Positions 50,372 to 58,638 of a stretch of DNA of 64,000 nucleotides are shown here, in pieces. The stretch is from an uncultured delta proteobacterium (GTDB lineage Bacteria; Desulfobacterota; Binatia; UBA9968): assembly GCA_963816145.1 (NCBI GenBank), contig CAWFJP010000014.1, positions 480,001-544,000 of the forward strand. Direction: 5' to 3'. Under the pieces are notes generated by a model that did no database searches, had not been told where the DNA came from, and was given only the letters and a program-made list of their open reading frames with translations. Position 1 is the stretch's first letter. Every line of letters starts with the position of its first letter. The translations under genes were made by a program, and so were the position numbers.

Positions 50372-51079
50372 GGGGCGTATATCAATAACGCCCCCTACGG
50401 AAAGCGCAGATTGGGGAACGGCCTAATGCCAGGCGATGACGCGGAGCGACGGCGGCGTTCGGTGCGATTGCCTGATTTCGACTATGGGCAGGTTGGTGCC
50501 TATTTTGTAACGCTCGGTGTGCAGGATCGAAAAAGTTTGTTTGGAAACGTTGTTAATGATGCGATGCGACTGAACGAACTCGGCGGGATCGTTGCGGATG
50601 AGTGGCGGCTTACAGCGACGATGCGACTCAACGTTGCGTTGGACGAGTTCGTGGTCATGCCCAATCACTTTCACGCATTGCTGGCAATAGAAAGCTCCCG
50701 TAGGGGCGTATTGAATATGCCCTCTGGGAAATTCCACTCGCCGTCGCATACCATCGGTGCGATCGTGCGCGGTTTCAAAGCGGCGACAACCAAGAAGATT
50801 AATGAATGCCGTGGACGGGTCGGAGAGGTGCTTTGGCAGCGTAACTTCTACGAACACGTCGTTCGCGACGAAGCAGAGTTGTCACGGATTCGCGAATATA
50901 TCGTCAACAATCCCGCTCAGTGGGCGTTGGATCGGGAGAATCCGCAGACGGGCGTATATCAATACGCCCCTACGGACGGAATTGAATCCATCTTCGGTGG
51001 TATTCGACCATGACATCAGGTAGCGGCGACGTTCATTGGCGGGCTATTTTTGGTAGGGGGCATATTGCATACGCTCTCT
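50372..51079. repeat. Four GTAG-type REPs around and inside the RAYT gene
   Basis: GTAGGGG(G)CRT..TTG..ATAYGC units at 50372-50398(-), 50700-50723(+), 50950-50973(-), 51053-51079(+). Confidence 0.85.
50426..51013 (+). CDS. REP-associated tyrosine (Y1/HUH) transposase, RAYT
   Basis: RRRSVRL..FDY...AYFVT, HUH MPNHFH, FKAATTK, WQRNFYEHVVRD, YIVNNP. Confidence 0.9.
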   Translation: MPGDDAERRRRSVRLPDFDYGQVGAYFVTLGVQDRKSLFGNVVNDAMRLNELGGIVADEWRLTATMRLNVALDEFVVMPNHFHALLAIESSRRGVLNMPSGKFHSPSHTIGAIVRGFKAATTKKINECRGRVGEVLWQRNFYEHVVRDEAELSRIREYIVNNPAQWALDRENPQTGVYQYAPTDGIESIFGGIRP

Positions 51080-51097
51080 TCGATTTTGGGAGGATCG

Positions 51098-52153
51098 ATG
51101 ACTCATCTCTCTAAAGTTTTGTTTGCGGTCGCATGGTTGTGCGTAGGCGTGGTTCCGATCGAGGGGGCGACGCTGCCGGAAGTCGTAACCCAGGTCGAGA
51201 AAATGAGCCGCGCGGAGCGCGAAGCTTTTCTCATCAAGGGCGCCAGGGAAGAGAAGGACGTGATGTTTTACGCCACCACGCCGGTCAATCAGGTGGCGGT
51301 GCTCAAGAAGTATTTCAGCGCGCGCTATCCCTTTGTCGACTTGAAGCACTACTACTCGCCGCGCCAGGGGATTCTCAACAAGACTTTGGCCGAGTACCGC
51401 GGCAACGCCAATCTCGTCGATGTCGTCATGACCGACGTGAGTTACGGCACGGTGTTGATGAAAGAAGGGGTGTCGGGCGCCTATTCGACGCCGGATATGC
51501 AGCGCTATGTGCGCGGTTCTTACGATCCCAAAGGCCAATGGTACACGATGTACATGCTGACCACGGCGCTGGTCTATAACCGCAACCAGATCAAGCCCAA
51601 TGACGCGCCGAAAACCTATCAGGATCTGCTCGACCCGAAATGGAAAGGGAAAATGATCTTCGATCCCGAGGCGGCTTTTATCATGGCCGCGATGGAGCAG
51701 GCTTGGGGCAGAGAGAAGGCGCGCGACTATCTGGCGCGCCTGGCCAAGCAGGATTTGGTCTTTCGCCGCGGCACGACCTTGACCTCGCAACTGGTAGCCG
51801 CTGGCGAGCAACCGATCGGTGTCACGATCAACGCCGAGACCACCGCGGATATGCGCGACAAAGGCGCGCCGCTGGGGTTCAGCGTACTGCCGCCGCGAAT
51901 CATCAAGCCCAATGGGTTTTTCGTTGCGAAAAAAGCGCCGCACCCGCACGCGGCTTTGTTGTTCACCGATTGGTCGTTGTCGGAAGAAGGACAAAAAGTT
52001 CTAGCCGTGGATTTGGGCAAAGGCGTCGCAATGAAGGGCATCCCGTCCAAGTACAAAGAATTCCAAGGCGAGCCCGACTACGTCGTCGGCCCCGAGTTCG
52101 GCAGCCAGTTGAAACAACATATGACGGAGTTTCAGAAGATTTTTGGGATGTAG
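51098..52153 (+). CDS. ABC extracellular solute-binding protein (Fe3+/thiamine-like cluster)
   Basis: Signal peptide; YN, PKTYQDLLDPKWKG, APHPHAALLF.DW.LS.EGQ. Confidence 0.88.
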   Translation: MTHLSKVLFAVAWLCVGVVPIEGATLPEVVTQVEKMSRAEREAFLIKGAREEKDVMFYATTPVNQVAVLKKYFSARYPFVDLKHYYSPRQGILNKTLAEYRGNANLVDVVMTDVSYGTVLMKEGVSGAYSTPDMQRYVRGSYDPKGQWYTMYMLTTALVYNRNQIKPNDAPKTYQDLLDPKWKGKMIFDPEAAFIMAAMEQAWGREKARDYLARLAKQDLVFRRGTTLTSQLVAAGEQPIGVTINAETTADMRDKGAPLGFSVLPPRIIKPNGFFVAKKAPHPHAALLFTDWSLSEEGQKVLAVDLGKGVAMKGIPSKYKEFQGEPDYVVGPEFGSQLKQHMTEFQKIFGM

Positions 52154-52313
52154 AGTCTGGAATAGTACCGCAAACGGTGGACGGGGTGTTCATCGCCGCC
52201 GGGGCTGTTCCCGTTGTCATCGTCGTGCTCGGGGGCTATAACTCGATGCGCCAATCGGCCGCAGATTCACGGTCGAGCGGATCCTAACCTGGCGTGTCTT
52301 GATTGACATTCCC

Positions 52314-52811
52314 ATGGCCGGAAAAATTCACGCTTACCTCGCCGACGAACACCGCCGGCTCGATGGCCTGCTCGATCGAGTCTTCTCCGATTCGGAAACG
52401 ATCGACGCCGCGGCCTACGGGCAATTCCGCACGGGATTGCTCAAGCATATCGCCATGGAGGAAAAGATCATTCTTCCGGCCGCACAGAAGAGGCGCGGCG
52501 GTGCTCCGCTCGCGGTGGCGGCAAAACTGCGGCTGGATCACGGCGCGCTGACCTCGTTGCTGGTTCCGACGCCGACGGCATCGGTGGTCGCGGCGATTCG
52601 GGCGATACTCAAGCTCCATAACTGGCTCGAAGAAGATCCCGGCGGCATGTACGATCAGTGCGAGGAATTGGCGGGCGCTGATGCCGAGCAGATTTTGCAA
52701 CAGTTGCGCGACGCGCCAGAGGTCAGAGTCGTGCCCAATGTCGATGGCCCGCATATCATGGAAGCCGCGCGCCGGGCATTGGCAAGAGCCGGATACGATT
52801 TTGTTCTGTGA
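52314..52811 (+). CDS. Hemerythrin-like (HHE) domain protein
   Basis: EHRRLD, HIAMEEKIILP, DHG, HNWLEE. Confidence 0.8.
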   Translation: MAGKIHAYLADEHRRLDGLLDRVFSDSETIDAAAYGQFRTGLLKHIAMEEKIILPAAQKRRGGAPLAVAAKLRLDHGALTSLLVPTPTASVVAAIRAILKLHNWLEEDPGGMYDQCEELAGADAEQILQQLRDAPEVRVVPNVDGPHIMEAARRALARAGYDFVL

Positions 52812-52911
52812 GCGATTCGCGTTGATACTGGGAACAGACAAGGGGATATCCAAAATTTCAAGGTTCGAAGTTCGGCTCCTGTGTTGATTGGTCCGGGGAA
52901 AGGATGTGTCG

Positions 52912-53027
52912 AAGGCGAGCCCGACTAATTTGTCGGTCTAGAGTCCGGCAACCAGTTGAAGCAAAATATGACGGACTTTTAGTTAGAAGGTATTGCGGAT
53001 GTGGCGTCTGCAGAGTAACGCAAACGG
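52912..53027 (+). pseudogene. Degenerate duplicate of the 3' end (plus about 25 nt downstream) of the 51098-52153 SBP gene
   Basis: aaggcgagcccgacta...ccagttgaa...atatgacgga...cgcaaacgg collinear with 52065-52177; TAC changed to TAA. Confidence 0.85.
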
Positions 53028-53067
53028 CGTGTGCCGCAGTGGAATTAAAAGGGGCTGACGGCGTTCC

Positions 53068-53118
53068 TTGACCGTATTCCGCTGGCGGGGTATTTTGAAA
53101 TAGACCAGAATCATGGTC
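53068..53118 (+). promoter_or_regulatory. Sigma-70 promoter and palindromic operator of phd-relE
   Basis: TTGACC-N17-TATTTT followed by GACCA-gaatca-TGGTC. Confidence 0.55.
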
Positions 53119-53137
53119 GATGAGAGGCAAGGCTCCA

Positions 53138-53431
53138 ATGTCTAAAACAATGCCAATTTCAGAAGTTAAAACGCGGTTGCCCGAGCTGGTCTCCGGAGTA
53201 GCGGAGCGAGAAGAAGAGATCGTGGTAACACGCAACGGTAAGCCAGCTGCGGTCTTAGTTAACTACGACGACTACGAGCGTCTGAAAGACACCCTCGATG
53301 TACTGAGTGATCCGGTTTTGATGAAGCAGATCAGTCAGAGCAAACGCTTTTACGCCAAGGGACGACAGGGGCACTCCTTTGAAGCGGTCTTTGGCGAACC
53401 GCTTGTTGTGGTAAAACGCCGGAAAAAATAA
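53138..53431 (+). CDS. Phd/YefM family antitoxin
   Basis: ISEVKTRLPELV, IVVTRNGKPAAVLV, YERLKDTL.VLSDP. Confidence 0.9.
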   Translation: MSKTMPISEVKTRLPELVSGVAEREEEIVVTRNGKPAAVLVNYDDYERLKDTLDVLSDPVLMKQISQSKRFYAKGRQGHSFEAVFGEPLVVVKRRKK

Positions 53432-53727
53432 TGGCCGCCTACCGGCCCGATATCCCTCCGCACATCGTGGAAGTTATTCGCCACTTGCCGCCGGACGTTA
53501 AACGCAGCGTTAAGCAAGCATTAAGATCTTTGAGCGCCGATCCACTTGTCGGCACGCCCCTCAAGCGGGAATTATTACGGCTGAGGAAATTCACAGTCAG
53601 ACGATTTCGCATTGTTTATGAGCTTGATCGCAACGCTCGTGTTATTAGGATATTTGCGATTGGTCACCGTCGGGACGTTTACGAAGAAATAGCCGACCGA
53701 TTGCGTCGAGTTGCCCGGGGAAAATAG
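53431..53727 (+). CDS. RelE/ParE family toxin
   Basis: LSADP..G.PL, RFRIVY, IGHRRDVY; TAATG coupling to antitoxin. Confidence 0.9.
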   Translation: MAAYRPDIPPHIVEVIRHLPPDVKRSVKQALRSLSADPLVGTPLKRELLRLRKFTVRRFRIVYELDRNARVIRIFAIGHRRDVYEEIADRLRRVARGK

Positions 53728-53803
53728 CGGGCTGTTGGCAAAGATAGTCTAGTCGTTAAATTCAGACAGGACGATGCCGCTTCGCAGAAGGCCAGCTTGT
53801 TTG

Positions 53804-54115
53804 CTACCGTTTTCTCTGATGAGTGCTGACTTTAGCCTTCGAGGTCGGGGATTGTCCATTCCCTGGAATGGTAGGCAGAGCGGCGGCCAGTGCTGCAGCC
53901 AATTCGGGTACGTTCTTAAAAAAGCGCGAGTGGGTTCGCATCAGAGCGTCGCGAGACGACGCGGTCAGGAGGACCACCTCGACATCAGAATCGTCCTTGT
54001 GAGCTTTTTCCTCCTTGAAGCGCAGGCGCATTGCAACAGCGCGATCAGACCCTAGCTCCTCGAACTGGATTAGATCACCGGTAGACCGTCGATATCGAAT
54101 CAGATATTGCATCAC
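53804..54115 (-). CDS. Putative toxSAS antitoxin (CapRel C-terminal / Phrann gp30-like)
   Basis: YLIRY...A...RF..E...VEVVLLTASSRDALMRTHSRFF; translationally coupled (GTGATG) to the SAS gene. Confidence 0.65.
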   Translation of the reverse strand: MMQYLIRYRRSTGDLIQFEELGSDRAVAMRLRFKEEKAHKDDSDVEVVLLTASSRDALMRTHSRFFKNVPELAAALAAALPTIPGNGQSPTSKAKVSTHQRKR

Positions 54116-54864
54116 TTCGAATCGCCTCCTTGCGCCGTCATCGCTTCCAACATAGTGCGAATTGACTCTTCGCGCTCACGCAGATACTCACGGAAGCTCC
54201 GGACCTTTGCGATGTGCAATCGGATCTCGCGTTGCATCGACGCCGCCCGTTTTGGCTTGGGCAAGTTAGTTTCCAGGGGATTCAACTGTGTGAGCATAAC
54301 CTCCGCCTGCGCAATGTCTCGAGAAATGTTCAGCAGTGTCTCCACATCTGCGCTGCGTGTCTGCGCCGCACCGCCATAGCGGATCTCGCGACCGGCTTTA
54401 TCGGCCAATCGCTCCAAAGCCTGTGCCCAAAGGTCCTGTAACTGTGTACGCACCTGAATTTCTATGAGATGCCCGTCAATCGTGACAATTAAATGTACGG
54501 CACGATAGCCGTGGGTCGGGCGTATCCGTCGGTCTATCATTTTTGTGATGTGGAATGTGTCGACGATCCGTTTCACAATCTGGTCCTGTTTTGCAAGATC
54601 CGCCTCGGAAACGATGCGAAGTCCTCCAATGTCCTGCATCTCGGCGAGGCGTGTCCTTTCACGCCGCAGTTTCTCAATAATTGTATTAGTAGTTTTCAGC
54701 CGAGAAGTTGCTTCGAAACCCAGATTCATAAGGAGAGTCTGTGCCTTGAACATCGGTTCGTCGTAGGATGCACGGAATTGCTGAAGTTGCGACAGTGTAT
54801 CCTCGTCGAGCTCAAATACCTTCCGGAGCTTTTCACCAAGCTTGTTAATCTGCGATTTCGTCAT
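54112..54864 (-). CDS. RelA/SpoT synthetase-domain small alarmone synthetase-like toxin (PhRel/CapRel-like)
   Basis: KSQINKLGEKLR, SRLKTTNTIIEKLRR, MQDIGGLRIV, GYRAVHL, IEIQVRTQLQDLWA. Confidence 0.88.
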   Translation of the reverse strand: MTKSQINKLGEKLRKVFELDEDTLSQLQQFRASYDEPMFKAQTLLMNLGFEATSRLKTTNTIIEKLRRERTRLAEMQDIGGLRIVSEADLAKQDQIVKRIVDTFHITKMIDRRIRPTHGYRAVHLIVTIDGHLIEIQVRTQLQDLWAQALERLADKAGREIRYGGAAQTRSADVETLLNISRDIAQAEVMLTQLNPLETNLPKPKRAASMQREIRLHIAKVRSFREYLREREESIRTMLEAMTAQGGDSK

Positions 54865-55043
54865 CCGGTCGCTTGGAACCTTTCCAACCAACGGAACCCA
54901 GCAAATAGATGCCGGTATCGGAGATTAGGTCTGACTCCTTTTCTGATTCCCTCGGGTGTGGAATTAGTGACAAGTGTTATCGGAATGAAAGTAATGTGGA
55001 AATGCGAATGTCGAGCGATTCGCGGTCACTGCAAGTGATCTCG

Positions 55044-55720
55044 TTATGCCTTAAGCTGGAGATGGAAAAGCGATTCCGTGTAGTCATTCTCCGTGATCTT
55101 GTCGAGCCCTGAAACGCCGGGACTTGGGTTCGCCACGATACCGAGTGTGAGCTGGGAATGTTTGATTTCTGAAAGGCGCATTTTAGCCACCATGGAGCTG
55201 GTGCTTTTGGTACCGAGGGTTACCAAGTCGCCGTCAGCGCGAATTGTTAGCGGCTTTCCAAATTCGTCGAATGCGCCGAGGCCTCCCGGATAAGCCCTTA
55301 TCTCGTCGAGCGTTACAGACGGAAGCAATTGGACTTCTGAATTTGCAGCTATCGTAGCCCATGATTTTTGACGGGTTCCCAAAAAAATCATAATTGGTTT
55401 CCTTGTTCTTGGTAACGTAACTCCGGCACAATGGATCGTCAATAGATAGCGAAAAGGAAGAAATGTACGATTCTCGCACGTCCTGCCAATTTGTGTCCGA
55501 TTAGTCGGATCGCTTAAAAGTGAAGTCGGTAATGAGACAGGTGATTGTTGGTTAGGACAATCAAACCGAAAGCCTTGGACGTTTAGCCCCGATCCCGTCT
55601 GAGTCCCTCGTTCGCGCTGTAGATGAACAGCCCGCTGATGGGTGTTGTAATGGCTGGGTACTTGTCTTTGTTCACACCGATGAATGACAGGAGATCCACC
55701 CGCCTGTCCGGACCAAACTT
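55044..55720 (-). pseudogene. Broken AT-richer ORF of unknown function
   Basis: Overlapping minus-strand frames 55234-55479 and 55044-55442 meet at an A7 run (55381-55387); no recognisable start. Confidence 0.4.
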
Positions 55721-55737
55721 AATCCTGCACGCTGTGC

Positions 55738-55914
55738 TTACGTAACAAAATACCCACCCACCACCGCCTCTTTCCAGCTCTTAATCACTGACGGTACAAT
55801 TCCCGCTGGTAAGTTTTTTTCCGGTTTCCAAAAACTATGCACGCCGGCGCCGAAGCGGGTGATGGCGGTTTTTGGCGCAGGCTTCATGGCGCGGAAGCCG
55901 GGGATGAGCACTTC
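55738..55914 (-). pseudogene. Orphan duplicate of the last 58 codons of the 56584-57939 gene
   Basis: Translates EVLIPGFRAMKPAPKTAITRFGAGVHSFWKPEKNLPAGIVPSVIKSWKEAVVGGYFVT*, 54/58 aa identical to the real C-terminus. Confidence 0.95.
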
Positions 55915-55984
55915 TTGGCTTGAGTGCTTACATTGATGTGGATTATGATGGCGTCATCGCATAACGCGAATTGGAGAGTCCAAT

Positions 55985-56215
55985 ATGAAGACAGTGCAAA
56001 TAACCTTAGACGATAGTCTGGTAAAGGCGGTCGACAGCGCCGCGAAGAAACTCGGAACAACTCGATCCGTCTTTACGCGCGAAGCCCTGCGATCCGCTCT
56101 TAAAGGTGTTCGGGTTAAGAACATGGAGTCCAAGCATCGCGCGGGCTATAAGCGCAAGCCGGTTAAGCGCGGCGAATTTACTGACTGGGAGTCGGAGCAA
56201 GTGTGGGGTGACTGA
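55985..56215 (+). CDS. RHH/CopG antitoxin (MazE-like)
   Basis: MKTVQITLDDSLVKAVD...TRSVFTREAL...GY...WE.EQVWG. Confidence 0.88.
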   Translation: MKTVQITLDDSLVKAVDSAAKKLGTTRSVFTREALRSALKGVRVKNMESKHRAGYKRKPVKRGEFTDWESEQVWGD

Positions 56216-56526
56216 TGAAAAGAGGAGAGGTTCGATGGTACGTTTTTGCTCGCCCAGACAAGGAGCGGCCGGTTCTGATTCTGACACGGGATTCAGCGCT
56301 GGGATTCCTCGGCGAAGTAACCGTTGCTCCCATTACATCGACGATTCGCGACATTCCCTCTGAAGTCTTGCTGACGAAGGACGATGGCGTGCCGCGAGAT
56401 TGTGCCGTCAATCTCGACCATCTCCAGACGGTTTCCAAAGGGAAAATCGGTTCTCTGATCACGACTTTAGGTAGCGGCAAGATGCAACAGGTGCACGCGA
56501 GTTTGCAATTCGCTCTGGGATTCTAG
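56215..56526 (+). CDS. PemK/MazF family endoribonuclease toxin
   Basis: MKRGEVRW, KERPVLIL, VAPITSTIR, NLDHLQTV; TGATG coupling. Confidence 0.92.
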   Translation: MKRGEVRWYVFARPDKERPVLILTRDSALGFLGEVTVAPITSTIRDIPSEVLLTKDDGVPRDCAVNLDHLQTVSKGKIGSLITTLGSGKMQQVHASLQFALGF

Positions 56527-56583
56527 CCGAGGATTACATTCAGTCTTGGTCTTGAACGATTGGCCAACTAGCCCAAAGAAGTT

Positions 56584-57939
56584 TTATGCAACAAAATACC
56601 CGCCCACCACGGCTTCTTTCCAACTCTTGATCACCGACGGCACGATGCCGGCCGGTAAATCTTTTTCCGGTTTCCAGAAGCTGTGCACGCCGGCGCCGAA
56701 GCGGGTGATGCCGGTCTTGGGCGCCGGTTTCATGGCGCGGAAGCCGGGGATGATTACCTCGGCGTAGACTTCGGGGCTGTGGTCGCGGCTGTCTTTGGAG
56801 ATCTCGAACAGAAACGGCGGCAGCGGTTTTACGCTTGGTCCTGACATTTCCCGGGTGTAGCCGATGAAGCGTTGCACCAGCGCTTCGGTCTCCTCTTTGT
56901 TCATCTTCATTCTTGCTGCGCTGACTCGGGCGCCTTCCGCGAGCGATCCGGTGATGGCGTGGGTGACGAGATACTCGGCTTTGAACTGCGGGCGGTTCTT
57001 GGCGCGCTCCCAGGCCTCGAGCACGTCTTCCATGATCGCCGGCAAACGCATCAGCGCGCTGGGTCCTTCCTGGCCAAGCGCTTCCGGTCCTTGATAGCGC
57101 GCGAGGTCGCGCCAGGTGCGGATGTAAAGTTCGTCGAACGGATCGCTGCGCGGCTTGCCTTGCTTCTCGGGCTTGTCGTAGCCGCTGATCTTGCCGAGTT
57201 CGCCGCCCCAGACATCTCGGCCCGAGCACAGATAGCCGAACGGCGAATTTTCCGTGGCGCAGACGCCGGCCATATTCGGTATGCGTTGCGACAACATGCA
57301 AATGAATGGGCCGCCGGTGGAATGGCCCTGGCCGTAGATGGAAAATTCGCCGATCGGAAAATGGCGCTTGCAGGCTTCGATCATGCCGGCTTCGAACGCC
57401 GCCGGCCATGCGGCCATGCGGTACCAGAAAATCGTTTCCGGCTTCGCTTTGGCCAGTGTGCGGGTGCCGTAGCGGTTGCGCTTGGAGGGGTCTTTGACGA
57501 CGGTGTATTGATCAGGCCCGATCAATTCGCCTTGCTTCCAGATCGGTGTGCGCACGGTGCCGTCGGCATGAATCGTGTCGTCCGGCCAGTCGCGGCTTGG
57601 ATCGGGAAAGTAGAAACGGCCCGGGAAGGTGCCGGCGATGACCCGGCAGCCATACTTGCTGGCGAGCAGCTTGGCATGGCGCTCAATGCCTTTGAAGTCG
57701 CTCGATCCACCGTGCAGGAGAAAAAAGCCGATCTTCTTGCCGTCGGCACCGGTGGGGATTTTGCTAGCGTCCACCGGTTGATGGACGACCATGCCCAGGT
57801 CCCAGTCCATGCCGAGCACGTTGATGCGGAAAATATCCTCGGTGCTGGTGATCGGGATATCGAGCAGGCCCAGGACTTCTTCAGTGTCCTTGATGCACTG
57901 TTCGCGGGAAACGAATTCAGGTGGTTGCCACTGGGTCAT
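56584..57939 (-). CDS. Hypothetical protein with alpha/beta-hydrolase-like motifs
   Basis: LLHGGSSD oxyanion-like motif, GHSTGG nucleophile elbow, C-terminal D and H; RBS AGGAGA. Confidence 0.65.
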   Translation of the reverse strand: MTQWQPPEFVSREQCIKDTEEVLGLLDIPITSTEDIFRINVLGMDWDLGMVVHQPVDASKIPTGADGKKIGFFLLHGGSSDFKGIERHAKLLASKYGCRVIAGTFPGRFYFPDPSRDWPDDTIHADGTVRTPIWKQGELIGPDQYTVVKDPSKRNRYGTRTLAKAKPETIFWYRMAAWPAAFEAGMIEACKRHFPIGEFSIYGQGHSTGGPFICMLSQRIPNMAGVCATENSPFGYLCSGRDVWGGELGKISGYDKPEKQGKPRSDPFDELYIRTWRDLARYQGPEALGQEGPSALMRLPAIMEDVLEAWERAKNRPQFKAEYLVTHAITGSLAEGARVSAARMKMNKEETEALVQRFIGYTREMSGPSVKPLPPFLFEISKDSRDHSPEVYAEVIIPGFRAMKPAPKTGITRFGAGVHSFWKPEKDLPAGIVPSVIKSWKEAVVGGYFVA

Positions 57940-57983
57940 GATGGTTTCTCCTTATCTTTGATCTACTTCAGGTCCTGGTATGG

Positions 57984-58290
57984 GTAGTGTGTCACATTCA
58001 ACTTGTCTTGATTACCACGAAAGACACGAAGAGCACGAAGTTCGGAATTTAAGTCAACCCCTGCGTGTCCTTCGTGCTCTCCCTAGTAAATACATGTGCA
58101 GGTATGATCCGGGCGACGAATTGGCACGAGGTTTCCGTCATACCGGCGAAAGCCGGTATCCATCCCCTCCCGCCCCTGGATGCCGGCCTTCGCCGGCATG
58201 ACGAATCAAGGAAAAAACCATGGGGTGGTGGGCTGGTTGCAATTTCATACTCTGCAGACGACCGTAAGATCATGACACACTTCGTGGTGG
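57984..58290. repeat. Nested repeat cluster (CACGAAG hairpin interrupted by an insert carrying a GTCATACCGGC REP pair at 58137-58202)
   Basis: Right arm cttcgtgctc|ttcgtggt is split by about 200 bp; gtgtgtca (57987) / tgacacac (58273) inverted ends. Confidence 0.7.
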
Positions 58291-58638
58291 AAACTTCCTT
58301 ACAGTAAGCCCCGAAGAGTACCTTTAATCAACGAACGCTTCAGCTGCTTCTTCGATTAACTCGCGCGGGCGGCTCAAGTCAACCGGTGGAGTCCAGTTTC
58401 TAGTCGTCCGCGGCAACCTGCGAAGAGATTTCTCGCTTTGCTCGAAATGACAACTCTTGAAGGTATCTTGACGAACTGATTCGGCATCGAGGCGCTGGAC
58501 AAGCAAACGAAAAACCGTATAGAAACGGTGAACAGTGACAAGTCGTGCGAGTGCTGCCGCGAGAAAAATTGCCGCCGGGCTTTGCATTGGATAGCCCAGT
58601 GATAATAGAAGAGAAGAGATCGACGGAGGATTGAAGTC

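Noticed and set aside
52153-56584. Integron cassette array or prophage remnant
   Set aside because: No integrase, recognisable attC sites or phage genes, and cargo genes point in both directions.
55738-56760. Template/variable repeat pair of a diversity-generating retroelement
   Set aside because: Differences are mostly synonymous third-position changes at all four bases, not adenine-specific, and no reverse transcriptase is in the window.
58324-58420. Short minus-strand fragment ending PPVDLSRPRELIEEAAEAFVD*
   Set aside because: May be a gene relic, but it has no start or recognisable family and is too short to support.
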